A stretch of 64,000 nucleotides of DNA from Trichoplax sp. H2 (GCA_003344405.1 NOWV01000179.1:1-64000); one strand, 5' to 3'; positions 13,343-27,630 are shown, counted from the stretch's first letter. Numbers and translations are program-made. The notes: a model not told the origin generated them from the letters alone.

Positions 13343-14281
13343 GTAAGTACCCGCGATACTGTAGGCAACTCGACAGCGTGCCAATCCTCAATTTGCCATG
13401 TTGATATCCGTGACAGTTCATTCCTTTTTTTATACTTCTTCTTTCCGCTTCCGGTATGCGGCTATCCATAAACTATCAATAAATCCTTGATCCATAAAGC
13501 TCCAAAGTTTGCTTTGTTACCTTATGCTAACATTCCCAATTGATCCCGAATTGAAAAAAACTGAAATGATGACAAGATTATTGCTCATGGCTCGATTGCT
13601 TGATACTACCACTTGTTGATTTGAATTGCTCAAGTTACCATTAAAGTGTACAATGTTAATTGACTGTGATGCGTATACACTACTGCGCAAGACTACTTTG
13701 ACGTCATCAATCCTCTCGATCCCATTTAGCATGGGTCATTCTTTCTTTCTTTTTAGTACTCCCACTACATCGTGCCCAAACAATACTGTACTCTATAGGG
13801 CACAGTAAGCGAGTATGGTCTAGTTGAGGCTGCACTAAGCCAAAATCGGACATCTACCTTGAACCATACTGTCTTGGTTGTCCTCATATCGAGCCACGTG
13901 GTATCGCCGGCAAGAGGTCACCCACACTGACATGACCCCTGTGCCTTGACCCAAACTATCCATTTTTGCGGGACCTGCAAATATGGCAGTCTGAATGGTT
14001 GGCACGGTACTATTGTACCGTCGAGTCGAGTCTTTCTCCTATCCACAAATAACTCCTTTGATGCATTTATTATTGGAATAATTTTATTAGAATCATTACT
14101 GCAATCCTTTAACCCAAAGTATCTTGATATCAATTGAATTGATTGAGAATCACCGAAGCTTGTTGATAATCTTTGACCTCCGTACCGAACCTTCTTGGTG
14201 TTTTAGCCGGTATCGAGTTACTTCCAAGTAGATTAAGAATCATTTAGTGGACAGTGAAGCCTGATTGAATAATCGATTGTA

Positions 14282-14428
14282 ATGGAGAGAGTAGTTTGGT
14301 TTTTATTATATCTAGTCTTTGCAAGTGTATACGCTTATTCGTCGTATTCTTCTCGTGCATTTATGGCGGATCTGCCTATCGCTAAAGGATATGGTGGCTT
14401 GTACAAATTTTTAACTTCATGGAATTTG
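14282..14428 (+). CDS. AIG1: AIG1/ADTRP-family locus 1, variable first exon 1c (49 aa, includes catalytic Thr)
   Basis: MERVVWFL...GYGGLYKFLTSWNL followed by GTAGGT at 14429, phase 0. Confidence 0.85.
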
Positions 14429-15378
14429 GTAGGTTGTGCATCAATGCAGTACAGGACAGTATAGCCTATCTTGGCAATAGATTATATAGTGGAAATGCGT
14501 TTGTAAATTACTCGACTGTACTGTATAAACAGTTCAAGAACCAACGTCATTATGCCTGCATGCCTGGGGTGCTAGTGCTACGTAGGCTCTATTACAATTT
14601 CATTGATGATGGATTGTTATTTTTACGGCCACATGCACTGATGGAAGACAACCAATCACCCCAACCAATACCATCAAGGAGTTGATTTGTATGGAGATAG
14701 ACTAATATTTTGATTGACACCAAATGATAGGAGATAAAGATTAGATTAGCATCGAGTTTAAAATGATCTTGATCTATTTTTGATACGTTGCTAAAAGCTA
14801 GAATGAGCTGCAATATCGAGTATAGGATATGCGGATATCAATTGACTTGGATTACAAATGACAATGCGTAGTCATCATTCATAACTGGATTGACGTACTA
14901 TTGCACTTTCTATTCACCTCTGTCAATTTTCCTGTAGTAGTATTTGCAATTACTGTATCTGATACTATGACAGTTGAAACCAAACAGGGTAAAAATCCGA
15001 TTATATCAAATTCACTGTCCAATATTAACATATGCGATTATGGACGATTATTATCCACGTTAGATGCATCGTTGTCTTACAAGTAAGGTACAGAATGATT
15101 CATTCGCTTGTAATTAATACCAACCTAAGGTAACGCACTCAGAGTTCGATAATACATTGAAATGGTACAGTAAATTTGAGATAGAAGATAATGGCTTGAT
15201 TGCATTCTGTCCTAATCAGGATCAAAGGACAACGTCAATTATTATTAAATCATGGCAACAAGTCATTAGGATAATAATAATAAAATGGCACCTTGCTAGA
15301 GGAGTATTTGCATTCTTGCAAACTTCTAACATTATAATTATTCCATTGTATGTCTAAGCATGTTCTTTTCTTCTTTAG

Positions 15379-16576
15379 CATTTACAGACACTGTATTACT
15401 ATTATGCCCTGCTGGCTACTATGTACGTGCTCATCAGTAAAGCTGAAAGAAGTATTTTATTAACAATAAGAGATTATATATTTGGTGCTCTGGTTTTTCC
15501 GATTGGCATGGTAATTTCTTTTAAATACAACCAATTGTAATGCTATATACATCGTAGTTCTTGCCAATAAATAAATAGCGTATAGATTTATTAAAGTACT
15601 AAAAATTGCCTTAGTACTTTATTTCATATACGTGTATACGAAGTAATTCATGATCTGTAGTTTCACAAGTCTGGACGTAATTGAAATGCTTATTTTCTGT
15701 TATATCTTGGATAGTACGTTGGAGTGATATTTTGGGCCATGTATAACTTCGACCGTGAAGTAATTTATCCTCGGTCATTGGATCAATATGTTCCAGTGGT
15801 GATCAATCATGTCTGGGTAAAATAATCGACACAAATACTGAGATTTTAATGTTACAGTTACAGTATTAATGTTCGATTATATCGTATGTGATATAGTGAC
15901 ATTCTTAACGCTACATACCTTTCAACCTGTGAGATTTCTTAGAAAATAAATGTATTCGACTTTGCTTAGTGTTTGGCGTTAGTATAGATTAGTAGTTTTA
16001 TTTTATTTTCGATACATGTGAGTAAAGTGTGATAGATCAATTGTGATACTTATTGAGTTTATTTGCTTACATATAGCATACTGCTGTGTTAGTATTCCCT
16101 ATAATTGAATCACTGCTTGTAAGACATGACAAGTTTCCAAGTCGTTCAAAAGGTTATGTAGGATTATTCATATTCAAGCTATTTTATTTGATATGGTGAG
16201 TATGCCTTTTGCTACTATTGTGCAACGTATAGATGTAGTTATAAATAGAACGTCTTATGTTGGATAGGGTTTTCTATATTGGATTATATCATAATCTATG
16301 GATATATCCGTTTATGCGAGTGATGAACAACACTCAATTTACAATATTTATACTGGTGTCAATTATTATCGATGCTGCTTGTTTCGAGGTTGGATACCGT
16401 CTAAATAGGGTAAAGAATCCTGGCAATGAAGGTAGGACTCGTTACTGCAGTACTAGTAAACATCAAGTGTCATGAGCGTCTTATAGTTATAAAGTTAAAA
16501 TTGTGTCCGTTAACAATATAATTTATCATCTTCATAAATAACAGGATCCACTGCAGAAAAGGTTAAGGGACAATAA
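15379..16576 (+). CDS. AIG1: AIG1/ADTRP-family locus 1, shared constant exons 2-6
   Basis: Exons 15379-15510 (HLQT...RDYIFGALVFPIGM), 15715-15816 (FWAMYNFDREVIYP...NHVW), 16077-16195 (HT...; first codon is the catalytic His), 16268-16431 (WIYPF) and 16545-16576 (ends KVKGQ*). All introns GT-AG and in frame; AATAAA at 16711. Confidence 0.92.
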
Positions 16577-17686
16577 CACCTTGCGATCAAGTACGATTTA
16601 GCATCCGGTATTGGCCGCAAGAATGATCCATTCTCACCCATTGAGCATATGACTATGTTAAATTATATGTAATTGATGATGACAGTGACTGTGTTAATAG
16701 ATAATTTTATAATAAAAGTTAACTAAATTTACTATAAAGGCAATGAACAAATTGTTTTATTACATGAATATTCTGAAAGTTTCAAACTTATTATCACCAT
16801 GTATTATTTAGATGCATTTTATCAAACTTACTATTGTCAGGTCCATTCTTGATTGAATTTTGTCAAATCGCCATTACATCCATTTGTTCAGTGTACGTAG
16901 AATAGCTAGGCTCTTGCTTATTTAGATTATTCCATCATGACAATTACGTCATGTGTCAAGAGTAGCTCAGTACATACAAAAACATTCAAGGCTATTTCTT
17001 AACCAACAACATAATTCGTATTTATTGGATACATTCTTGTAATAACCTTGATAGTGGAATAGGTCAATTTGTAATGCCAGCGCTTTCAATTCTACGATGG
17101 GATGATTGACATCATCAGCGAATCGTGTAATTATAGCATTTTAGACAGGTATATTTGTCATGGCTTTTTGATAAAGTTTCGCTATGCATAATATTCATGG
17201 GCTTGTAAACGTTTATCATGTACGCATAAATTAATAAAATCAGTAAAAATAAACCTAGGTGTACGCGAATTATGAACGTATATGAAAGCCACAATTTCCG
17301 TGCTTATTAGTGGGAAATATTTACTAGGAGTAATTTCATCCCTAATCATTGTCGGAATTCTGAATGTCTGTATGTCCGTATTAAGTTTCTACAATAGACA
17401 GCCATTAGAGTGACGATTGGACAGCTGTAGAGTGTTTGTAAGCTAGTGAGTAAAGGGTTAGAAAACGTAGCTCTACTTTTACATCTCCAACTTCTGCAAG
17501 TAGTACTAAGCATTTTATAAGTTGTTGTCGACTTTATTGAATAAATCGACACTCCAATTCTACATTATAGGCAAACTAATTTACTTATCATTTATTTGTA
17601 GGGAATAAGCAGTTGTTATAGCCTCAAATATTCGTCTTGTACGCACATTTATTCACCTATCTTACTACATAAATCAAATTGAAACG

Positions 17687-19765
17687 ATGGCAAACCCTAA
17701 CTCTCAATCGCCACTGTTATTTCATCTGATTTGTTTCACTCTATATTTTGGTGCTTTATTGTATGATATGCTATTTCTTCCTACCTTTGGACTCCGAAAG
17801 ATTTATGGGCACAGGTGGAAATTTTTAACAATTTGGTGTTTGGTAAGGTTACATTAAATTTTTGATGTATATAGGTACTTTTAAACTGTATCATAATAAC
17901 GTGTAACATTTCGACAGCATAAGAACGATTGAAGTTTGCTAGTGTGATATTATGGTTATAATGAAAATAATCTGCATCGCTCGCCATAACGGGTCGCTGC
18001 ATTATCGTACGTCGTATTTTTGGATGTATTTTTGACGATATGATATAATGAGTCGATGCAAGAGTCACGCTTTATCCTGGAAGAAGCTGATGATCTCCAT
18101 TAGTACCTCAATCAATTCAATCAAAAGCAGATTACTGTTCAGTATTTTTGTATATTGTTGCAAACATAGAATTACATGTTGTACATCAATTAAAATTTTA
18201 ATTGCATAAGCAGAATCTATTGTTACTTAAGAAACGCTTCAATATTCTCCACTACGATAAGTCGAATGTAAAATCTGTCATTTTTGGTAGCAGGGAAAGT
18301 AATTTTTTATCCTGCACTGCTTCTAAATTAGGTAGAATAATCCTGATTGCCGTTACTACGCTAAAATTGAGCACTTTATTGTTTCTAGTTGATCCAAATA
18401 CTGTATAACTTCATCGCTGTCCTGTCCGCTGTCACCCCAATATTGACGAACAGGGTGAAATCCTTGAAAGACTTTTTATTTGCTTCACTGGCATTCCCTT
18501 TCGGAATGGTAAGTGTGACTTATTTTAAGTCTTAATTTATAATTGCTTTTATCACATTTTGTGTAGCTATTTACGTAGACTACTAGATATGCTTTCGGTA
18601 GATACAATCTTTACGAGTATATGCATTAGCAAATCTTATCTGAAAATCAGAATATAAGAATAGCTACGATCATGATATTTGTATCTATAATCTCTCCTTT
18701 ATATCATCAAAGCTCGGATTATGTAGAAAGAGTTGTACGATTATCATTGCTACATGTTGTAGGATTACAGTATACAGACTCCAGAAATTTTAGCTGTTAC
18801 GTACGTTTCTCAAACAGTTATAAGATATTCTACGGTATGCATAGGAGCTGGTGATGGAATTATGATAAACACCATAAATAAAAATGAAATATAAAATATG
18901 TGTAGTCATCTACTTTAATCATCTACTAGCAGAAAATTGCAACTAAGAAGCTTTTAAATAATTACAATTCTAGCTCGTTTCGTCCATGTTTTGGATATTA
19001 TACTGCTTGGAACCAGACTTCGTTTATCCTTTGGCTGAGAGAAAAATTGTCCCTGTAGCGTTGAATCATATTTGGGTAAGAATAATTTGAGTATACTCTG
19101 TAATCATTCGTATATAAGATATACCTCTGATACTCGAAAAATATCCATACAATTTCACTAATGAATATTTTATATTTAATAGCATACCTTAGTATTTATT
19201 AGTCCTATGCTCGATGTACTACTTTATGAGCATAAATATCCTTCAAGGATCTATGGGCACTTTTGCTTAGCAACTTTTGCATTACTCTATATTGGATGGT
19301 GAGCAATTATCAAATGTGATATAGGTTTTTATAACCTCAATGCATTTTAAATGATGCCATTATTCAATAGTCTAAGGTTTTAACATCAGCTTTTATATTT
19401 TATATTTACAGCATCTTTTGGATAGCTCATGTTGCTAAAGTATGGATATACGGAGTATTAGAGACTATGTCTGCGCCAATGGTCGTTGTTTTTTGTTTAG
19501 TGCTCGTTTTAGTAACGATTCTATTATATGAATTTGGATACTGGCTGGAACGAAGGAAGAAACGGGTATTGGTAGTCTTTACGACATGTCATCAGTATTA
19601 ATAATACAATTAATGTAGATACCTATGGTTAAGTAGTTTTTCATAGCAAAATATAGCGAAAATTATTGGTCATTTTCGAGTAATTGAGCATCGTCATCAC
19701 TACAAATTATATGATCTTGAATAGTTTTATTTTTTATATGATTACAGACGCTAAAGTTAAATTAG
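17687..19765 (+). CDS. AIG1: AIG1/ADTRP-family hydrolase, paralog 2
   Basis: Exons 17687-17842 (YGHRWKFLTIWCL), 18389-18508 (KDFLFASLAFP), 18974-19075 (NHIW), 19183-19298 (HT...HKYPSR), 19412-~19571 (WIYGVL) and a tentative last exon 19748-19765. Intron positions match locus 1. Confidence 0.9.
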
Positions 19766-20957
19766 TTAGCAAATATTTCTTAAGAAAAACTTATGGTCTA
19801 TGATGGATTGTAAAGACACTCAGGAATGAAGTTTACAGAGAATCGCTTTGATAACGTTGAATACTTCAAAAATTTGAGATTTTAGTCCTAAAGTGATAGT
19901 AATTCAAATCGATTAGATCGTTTCAGGCATCCCCTGCGAATCTAATATACTAACCGTCTGCAATTTCTGACTCGCAAACAAACTTTAAATTTATCAGGAA
20001 GAGGCTACTGAGTTTGAGCCTCAAGAGTCAAGATATGATTTAATTTGTTATTGAATTAACTAGATATTTCAGTTTTAAAGAAACTAGGATCCTAAGACAT
20101 TGAACATGATTAAGTTCAAATCTTTGGTACTAATAAAATAATCTATCGTCGTTTACTATTGATAATTAATTATCATCAAAGAATATCCAGCTAGTGTATT
20201 CATACTGAATGCTATCTTTAGGTTCCTATTCCAGATATCCATCTATTTGCTCCAATATATTATTGGGAGAAAAAATAGTATTCTGCATTTTGTTTTACGA
20301 AATTTAAGATCAGATAATTTTGTATATCCTTTACGTAACGTATAGCAAGTTATTTATTGTATAGTATAGTTATCTCAACGTGTTGGTTACTCTTCAGTAT
20401 TTTATGATATAATATGGTTGAAGTTAAATTAAATATTAACTACAAAAATAAAGGTGAAATAACATTTATTAAAATTAACATTAAATTTCTGTTTAAATTT
20501 TTGAGGCAGTGAATGATTTATGACAGCAAACATGAATGAACGTGATTAGATCTAGTCACTGCGGTATTTTACTAATCTGTCAATTGAAATCACAACGACA
20601 GCATATCAATTATTGCATAGCATTATCTTAATACCACAGTGCATGTACGATATTTCTGCAAAGTAACACACTCTGAGAGTATAATTTCGATATTTATAGC
20701 ACTAAGTTTTAACATCGTGCACGGTGGTAATTTATACTACCTCATTTATAGTAACACACTTGCAAATCTGACGGTTTACAAAATGTCTGGTATCTATTTA
20801 CATACTTTATAACCTTCCACTATAAGTGCTGTAGATTCGCTTTTTACAACATTAGATCAAAATATTACAACTATAATTAGTGAAGCCATGCTAGTTTTTA
20901 ACATTTTAACATTAACAATACGTGCAACAGTAGACTCAACGTATTACGTTTTGTTAG

Positions 20958-21388
20958 CCTCTGCTACTATGTTGTCACAACGTCGTTTGCAACAATCGGA
21001 TTCCCGTTCCACACTTATCCTACTCTCCTCTGTCCTACCGTAAAACTGCCACCAGGCGTCACTACTCGCTCTACTTCAGCGAAGGACCTCAGTCAACAGT
21101 AAAGGCGGACTAGAAGCGTCTGGATAAATTTACTAAACTAACTTTATTAGGTCTCCGTATTTTCCTCCTCTCTAGCGAGGTAAATTACAACCTCTTATAT
21201 ACTTGTATCAAATCTACACCTTTTCCACCTGTTAATTATTCTTATGCATAACTTAGTCTTTTCTATAACTTTGTAATCCTATTAATTAGTATCGAAAAAA
21301 TATGTGATAATTGATATTATTATGCACTAATAATATTATAGCGCCAATTAACAATTTAAGATCTAACAGATTCCCTACAAGTGTGACA
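20958..21388 (-). mobile_element. LTR-retrotransposon 5' LTR (20973-21388, 416 bp) with adjacent tRNA-iMet primer-binding site; internal region decayed or absent
   Basis: Termini TGTCACA...TGTGACA. On the minus strand TATATAAG (~21200) precedes AATAAA (~21148). Three nt after the LTR is TAGTAGCAGAGG (20969-20958), an 11/12 match to TGGTAGCAGAGG, the complement of the animal initiator tRNA-Met 3' end. Confidence 0.7.
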
Positions 21389-23256
21389 ACCGCCATTTTG
21401 GTTATTACACGTCATTGGCATATTAAGTATCTTACTTCTACACATTTGTTAATGGAAGTCCATTAACGATTGAATCTCACAATATTAATAGATCATAATA
21501 TTTATGATTATCTAATCGTAACCGTCTATTTCTTCTTCAATAACATTATCACATAATATCTTAAACCGTAACATATGTACAAAAGCAATTTGGATATGGC
21601 CAAGTTAGGACTTAATTGGATAACATAGCATACATGTGATCATATGCTTAGCTTATGAAAGTAATTTAGCTGATTTGGCTTTCTTTTTGTACGATAAATT
21701 AGACATACATAAGCATTCATTATTAATGATTAAAATAGTCCATATTCAAATACCACTATGTAGTGGAATAATGGTTACTGAACATTTTTACGTCAAAAGA
21801 CAAGATTAGACGATCAGAAATCTACTACATGTTAGAATATTAAGCTTATGTAGGTAATAAATCGCTGTATAATTAATTTAGAATAATAATTATAGCTCAA
21901 AGAATATATGCTCTTATATTTACAAAAATTCATTACAGTATTAGTTACCGCTTCCTACCTCCATGCTGTGATGAATGCCTAATAGAATCAACATACTATA
22001 GCACATAGTCGACGTTTTAATGCGCACAGCAATAAGCTAACTGTAGCACCCCAATTATAAACTAATTGCCTGGGTGCAAATTCATAGGTAGCACATTTTG
22101 TTCATTTTATCCCAAGTAATTGTAAACTGTCCAACAATTTGAGTATACGTATGCTATTGGTAAGGGTAATTTCTCATAACGTACAAGTAACAGTAAAATT
22201 AGTAAGGATACTCGCGTATAGTAGCTTACGGATAGACATCTATACCCGTATGGTATCACGAGATTCAAACAATATAATGATCCATGCGAAAATATGTGAG
22301 AAAATTATTGGGGCATGGAGAAGTCTATGATTGGATATCATGAATAAAATCACACCATAGCTGCTATAGCTTAAAAAAAGTGATCTATTACTTATTAATT
22401 AATAATCTAAAAGTATGCATTATAATTATTAAAGTTTGTAAGAATGTATTGTATATATGCCATACGCAGGAAAATAAAACTGTAAACATTACTAAATTAT
22501 ATTTACAAAACATGATTTGCTTTCAGTTAATGCTGACAATGTTAGAAAATTTATAAAGCTAACGATAGGTTAAAGCATATCTATTCTACCAAATATTTTT
22601 ATGGTAATAAAGTAGCTAGATTGATTCGTTGCTGTAAATACTAGATGTAAGTGGGGCTATCGACACTATGTAATTAAACTAAATTAATACTGTAGCCTCG
22701 AGTTCGTAGAGGCTATTATCGCGATGGACTATGGATCAAAGTACATGTTTACTGCACTAATAATATTTACTGTTGCATCATGTGTATGATTTAATGTTAT
22801 TATACTATTCATAAGGGCAAACTTTGAATAACACAGCTATTGAATGAAACGATAAGCAACATAGTAGGCTAATTAAATATTTAATAACCATGAGTAAAAA
22901 CAGATAGCTTAATCATCAATAATAATAGTTAACCTTTCTCGGTCAAATGAGGATTGTAGGGTGTGATGCTTGCATATTATATTTTATTATACAGTTAAAG
23001 GCGGTTAATTATAATATATGCATACGTTTGTATTATTTACAGGCTGCAGAGTAGCGAATATCTATTTATTATTGGTAATAACTTTGATACGAAACCTTAA
23101 ATACTATTAAATATCTTACCTATGGTACAAAAATAATATCTATTGGCGGTATTACCAAAGTATATACTGTTGAAGATCTTTTCTATCGTCTAGGACGACG
23201 AACGAAACATTTTTTCCTTAATCGATAATCAATATTAGGAGGCTACTAAACCAGAA

Positions 23257-24978
23257 ATGAGTCTATTATCATTATCCTTCCACTCAACTTTATTGTTCCT
23301 GTATACTTATGCAACATGGTACGATCTCAACTTTATACCCCTATTAGGAGTTAAGAAAATGTATGCAGGCAGATGGAAATACTTGACTCAATGGTGCATG
23401 GTAATAAAGTTAGCTTCTCTTTATAAACTAAGTAAATGGACGCAATCCATTCGATTACATGCGTAGTAATTTGATTTAAACTGATCAGAGAAGGATGATC
23501 TACCTTAACAATAATTCTTTAAATATGATGACGTTTCGGCATTAAAATATAATTTTTTAATATCGATTTAAGATCTAACTTGGATAAAAGTGCAACTTGT
23601 TTAGGCTGTAGCTTATTTGGTCTAAAACTTCTTGATTATCATATTGTAGGTCATACAACTAAACTATCAAGCTCTCTGCGTTATAAGTTATCTCTATTCG
23701 AACAGCAAGAATATCACTAAATTCAAGAAAATAAGAGAGTATGTATTTTCCGTTCTGGCTTTCCCTGTCAGCATTGTAAGTCAATGACATTTTATTACTA
23801 CTTGAGAGCTGAAAGAATAAGGTTTTACTACTATCTTAATTGATTGTCAATTTACTACAATGACCTAACTGGGTAGTTAGCATACTAGGCAACAGCATAA
23901 GCTAGGGTATTCAAGCAGTAGCACATTATAACTTAAAAGTAGTGGTTAAGAGTCCAAGTGTTGATAGCTTCGTACCAATAGATCTGCTTTTATATGATAC
24001 TTAAAAAAATAGTTTTAAGGCTCCATCAAATCAGAAGGTGAAAAGTTATTAACTTCGATACTTTAGATTTAGTTATGATCAACCTATCTGTATCCATTTC
24101 AGTATAATATAAAAGTACCTTGAGCTTAATACTTTAACTTAATTTTTTCAACGCTATTTTTAACACAGATCATATTATAGCTCTACAAACATACATCTAC
24201 ACGTATATATTATAATCGATTGATTGTAGAGGTAAATATATGACAGTACTGAACTATTATTGTACTCGAATATGTAGCTATTGCATTCTCTTATAGAGTA
24301 TTTTAAAGCTGCTGATAATTCATATTAGCAAATTATATGTTAAAAATTTAATTTGCTCTGTGACTTATTTTGTAGATAGTGACTGCTACCTTTTGGATTT
24401 TATATATAAAAAACCCGAATAACGTCCGAGAAAAAATGTACGAAAATATTATACCACCTCACATTAATCATTTATTTGTAAGTATGAATGATTATAGTAG
24501 ATAAAATTATTTTATTTTCTGTTACCCTTGCATTAATTACGCATAATATTTCATAATTGTTAGCATACCGTCATCGCTATTGCCAATATTCTCGATTTAT
24601 CAATGCACCACCACGATTATCCTGTAAGAAGAAACAGCTATGTTGGGATGGCTTTGTTTTCGCTATCATTTATAACCTGGTTAGTGCTGAAGACTTTAGT
24701 CGTAATAATATATATATCTATACGAGTATGATATCTACTTGGTGTCATCTACAAATCGCAATACAATATATACATCTACCATCTATTTCTGTAGGACAAT
24801 ATGGATCAAATATAGAGCTAATATTTGGGCCTATAAAATATTGCATAAGATCCCGACACCAATTTTACCAGCTTTCTTTATGAGCTTTCTTTTTATGCAT
24901 TTCGGGCTCTACGAATTTGAATTATGGGTAAAATCAAAGCAGACAGCAACTAATAAGCTGAAAAATAAAATGAACTAG
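23257..24978 (+). CDS. AIG1: AIG1/ADTRP-family hydrolase, paralog 3
   Basis: Exons 23257-23400 (YAGRWKYLTQWCM), 23650-23775 (REYVFSVLAFP), 24376-24477 (NHLF), 24564-24679 (HT...HDYP) and 24795-24978 (WAYKIL...KNKMN*). All GT-AG and in frame. Confidence 0.9.
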
Positions 24979-27625
24979 ATTTTATTAAATATTGCAACCC
25001 GAAAGATTGTAATTAACGTGAAATATCTTATCGTTCAACTTTATTACCTCACTAAAATCGGAAAGCATTTGTCAACATTTATGTAGATAATAGTGGATAC
25101 CGTTGTTTATAATCTCACTCTAGTAATTTTAGTTTAGCATAATAGTTCGTAGAATCGCTATCTAAAAGGAATCGATAATAATTTATTACATCTGCCAAAT
25201 AGATTCTTATAATCTATCGAATTAGCTTAAACTAAATGGAAATGTATTGTTTACGTAAGTTAGATAGATACTAACAGACAAGACTACTTTAATAATTTTA
25301 ATTTAAAAGATTTAGTACAACGATTCGTAGATAATCATAAGGAATGTGTAGAGAATTTATACTGTCTTTCAAATAGATTTTTGTAATCTATCGAATTAAT
25401 TGCGTTATTTTTTATTATATTATTATTCCAGTCATCTAATGATTAACAATGGATTATATTGAATGGATATGTAAGAGATGTACTAATCAAAGTTATGGAC
25501 AGTCTCAGTTTTAACAATGGTAATCTTTACATTTTGGTATTACAGTCTTACTTACCGTAGTAATTTACTTCCTTCAAGCCATATAATACCATATGGATGA
25601 AATTACCATGATCTTACTTTTACTTATGAGTTAAAGCAATTCTGAAGATTTAAAATAAAATGTTTGTACGAAAAAGTACTCAATTTCATAGTAAACACAA
25701 TCAGCAATCATACAACTATATAATGCCAGTTCTAGTGATTCCAATTTATATTATCTGGAATTTATCAAATCTGAATCTGGATATCAAGATTTATTATCAT
25801 TCATGAGAAACTATAGTTACTTTTTATTTATATGCAATTATTTTTATTACACTCATGCCTAAAATTTAATTAAAGGTAACCATTTAGCAAAGGCTGGACA
25901 ATTGTAAAACTTATATCATTTTGAACCTATTATGATAAGCTGTTAAAAGTTATTATGCGTAATATATCATACGCGATAATGGTACCTAATAAACTTATAA
26001 AGGTACAAATATGTATACTTGTGGTATACATGAGTATCGAATAGAACAGAGCTAATGACTTTAAATTTTAGAAGATTAAATTCTGTCTTATAAAAATGGA
26101 TAAACGAAAGAATATCATGCATATCTCTAAATTATGAATGAAACGCTGATATAGTACTTATTAGTTAACATTGTACTTATTAACAGTTTTAAAGTTGCCA
26201 TAGTATTCCATTTTTTATTGCAATTCTGGATATATTAAATAATCACCATTTGAATTTTATCTCAATGGTTTTTAAAATAAAATAACATGATCATCTATAC
26301 GTTTTTAATACTGATGTGGTATTAAATTTAATAGCAAGTATTGTAAGCATGTTCGAAGTAATTTATGAGCCTCGCATCAATGACTTTCTCGCCTATTAAT
26401 AATATTTTTTTTGTATTAATTAAATTTGCTTGCAATTATAAAGTGATTTTCAAGTTTACACTTTGTTGTAATATAGACGATCTATGATAAATTTAAGAGA
26501 GATTTAATTATTGCCGACATAGACGAGATTGCTATTGGCAAAAATGACAACATTAATAACTGTAAATGACCATCATAAATTAAGACACAATGCAGCAGCA
26601 AAAGGAAAATCAACATCTCAGTTTTCTATATCATTTACAAAGGGAATTACTAATATATTAAGTTAATTAAATATAGAAATGTATATAGTAACAGTAAATT
26701 AGAACTTACTGTACATAGATATTTTGTTAAAATATTATCCGATGTTATCTACCTCATATCACGATAGTTTTATCAAAATTGATGTAACACGATTGATTAC
26801 TATAATGATCAGCTTGGTCCATACAAATCAGAGATGAATAAGGCTTTAATTATAGGGTATACGATTTAGATAGATATATTTTATAAATATTCTAGCTGAT
26901 TCCATCAGTAAAGAGATAAATATACAATATAGCAATTATGGTATAATATTTTTTATAGCATATTATATCATAATCATGGCAGAAAAGCAATATAGCATTG
27001 TATATTGAAAAGATGATCTAGCATTTTCATTGAAATTAAGTTATAAAAGACGATAAACTAGTATAATTATTAATGCTTTTAATTGTAAACAGTTACCGTA
27101 TATCAATTTTATAAAATGCAAAATCTTGAAGAACAAGTTTATCAAATAGTATAACAATTGCGTCTAGTAACTCAAATTTATAACATTTCATTACTTCAGC
27201 TCCTTCTAAATGCTACAACAAGATATTCTATACAGCTATGATTTCATAATTATACATTAGCTAATTTATCAATGTACATATTTACAGGACATAAAATTTA
27301 TAAAATCGATGCTATTTATAAGTCTGCTGATAGTAAATAAAGGATCTATTATTTAGTCAGAGTAACTTTATATCAGCATGATGTATACCTGTATGCAATT
27401 AATTGATCTCGTTAAGATAGATTAATTACAGGCATATATCAAGCAGAGTAACCATAATTCGGTAATTGACATTTTCGCTTATCGCTTTCAAAAGTTACGC
27501 ATAATAGCATTAAATCGTGCTAATATTTGAACATGAATCATGTTATTATTTTCGAGTTTACCAGCATTATAATATGTTGATGAACTATATATACATGTTA
27601 TAAAAGTTGTATAGTCTCTTTATAC

Positions 27626-27630
<5 letters not shown>

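Noticed and set aside
26480-26750. Hydrophobic minus-strand frame (MLIFLLLLHC...) as a membrane anchor exon for the Kazal protein
   Set aside because: AT-rich DNA readily gives hydrophobic frames, and a nearer in-frame terminal exon exists at 27895-27791; unsupported without RNA data.
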